A stretch of DNA of 64,000 nucleotides from Pseudovirgaria hyperparasitica. Its lineage: Eukaryota. The stretch lies in assembly GCA_010093815.1 (NCBI GenBank), contig ML996566.1. One strand, 5' to 3'. The position numbers and the translations under genes were made by a program. The first letter of the stretch is position 1, and every line of letters begins with the position of its first letter. Positions 63,892-64,000 of the stretch are shown here, one piece after another. The notes beneath the pieces are model-generated. The model was not told the DNA's origin. It saw only the letters and a program-made list of their open reading frames with translations, and ran no database searches.

Positions 63892-64000
63892 AACGATATG
63901 GCAATGGTGTGGTGGAGGAGAGCGGCGTTAGCGTTAGCATGTTGCAAAGATAGAAGCTCGTGAGAAAAAAAACCTCTTGGAAGATGAGTCGTCATGGGTG

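Overview
This is eukaryotic, intron-containing DNA from a filamentous ascomycete (Pezizomycotina). Most introns are about 50-60 nt, with GTRAGT/GTATGT donors, CTRAC/CTAAT branch points and YAG acceptors. About 19 protein-coding genes are recognisable. Housekeeping genes: THO subunit Tex1/THOC3, tRNA ligase Trl1, CK2 beta (ckb2), a ubiquitin C-terminal hydrolase, an Msp1-like AAA ATPase, THI4, RPS6 and PRPP synthetase. Metabolic genes: amidase, family III CoA-transferase, GH2 glycosidase, BBE-like FAD oxidase and a P450. A possible immunity/RNA-silencing set lies between about 13 and 44 kb: an NB-ARC-TPR NLR head-to-head with an amidase whose catalytic cis-Ser appears replaced by Arg, an ankyrin + ClpB-type AAA+ (Skd3-like) gene directly upstream of an intact RNA-dependent RNA polymerase, and a HeLo-like + ankyrin protein. 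The best-supported RNA element is a TPP riboswitch in the THI4 5' intron. It has an atypical J4/5-P5 sequence that can form 10 base pairs with the sequence next to a downstream 5' splice site. Two long stretches without recognisable genes (about 0.5-7 kb and 55-59 kb) remain unexplained. All calls come from manual motif reading; no searches were run.
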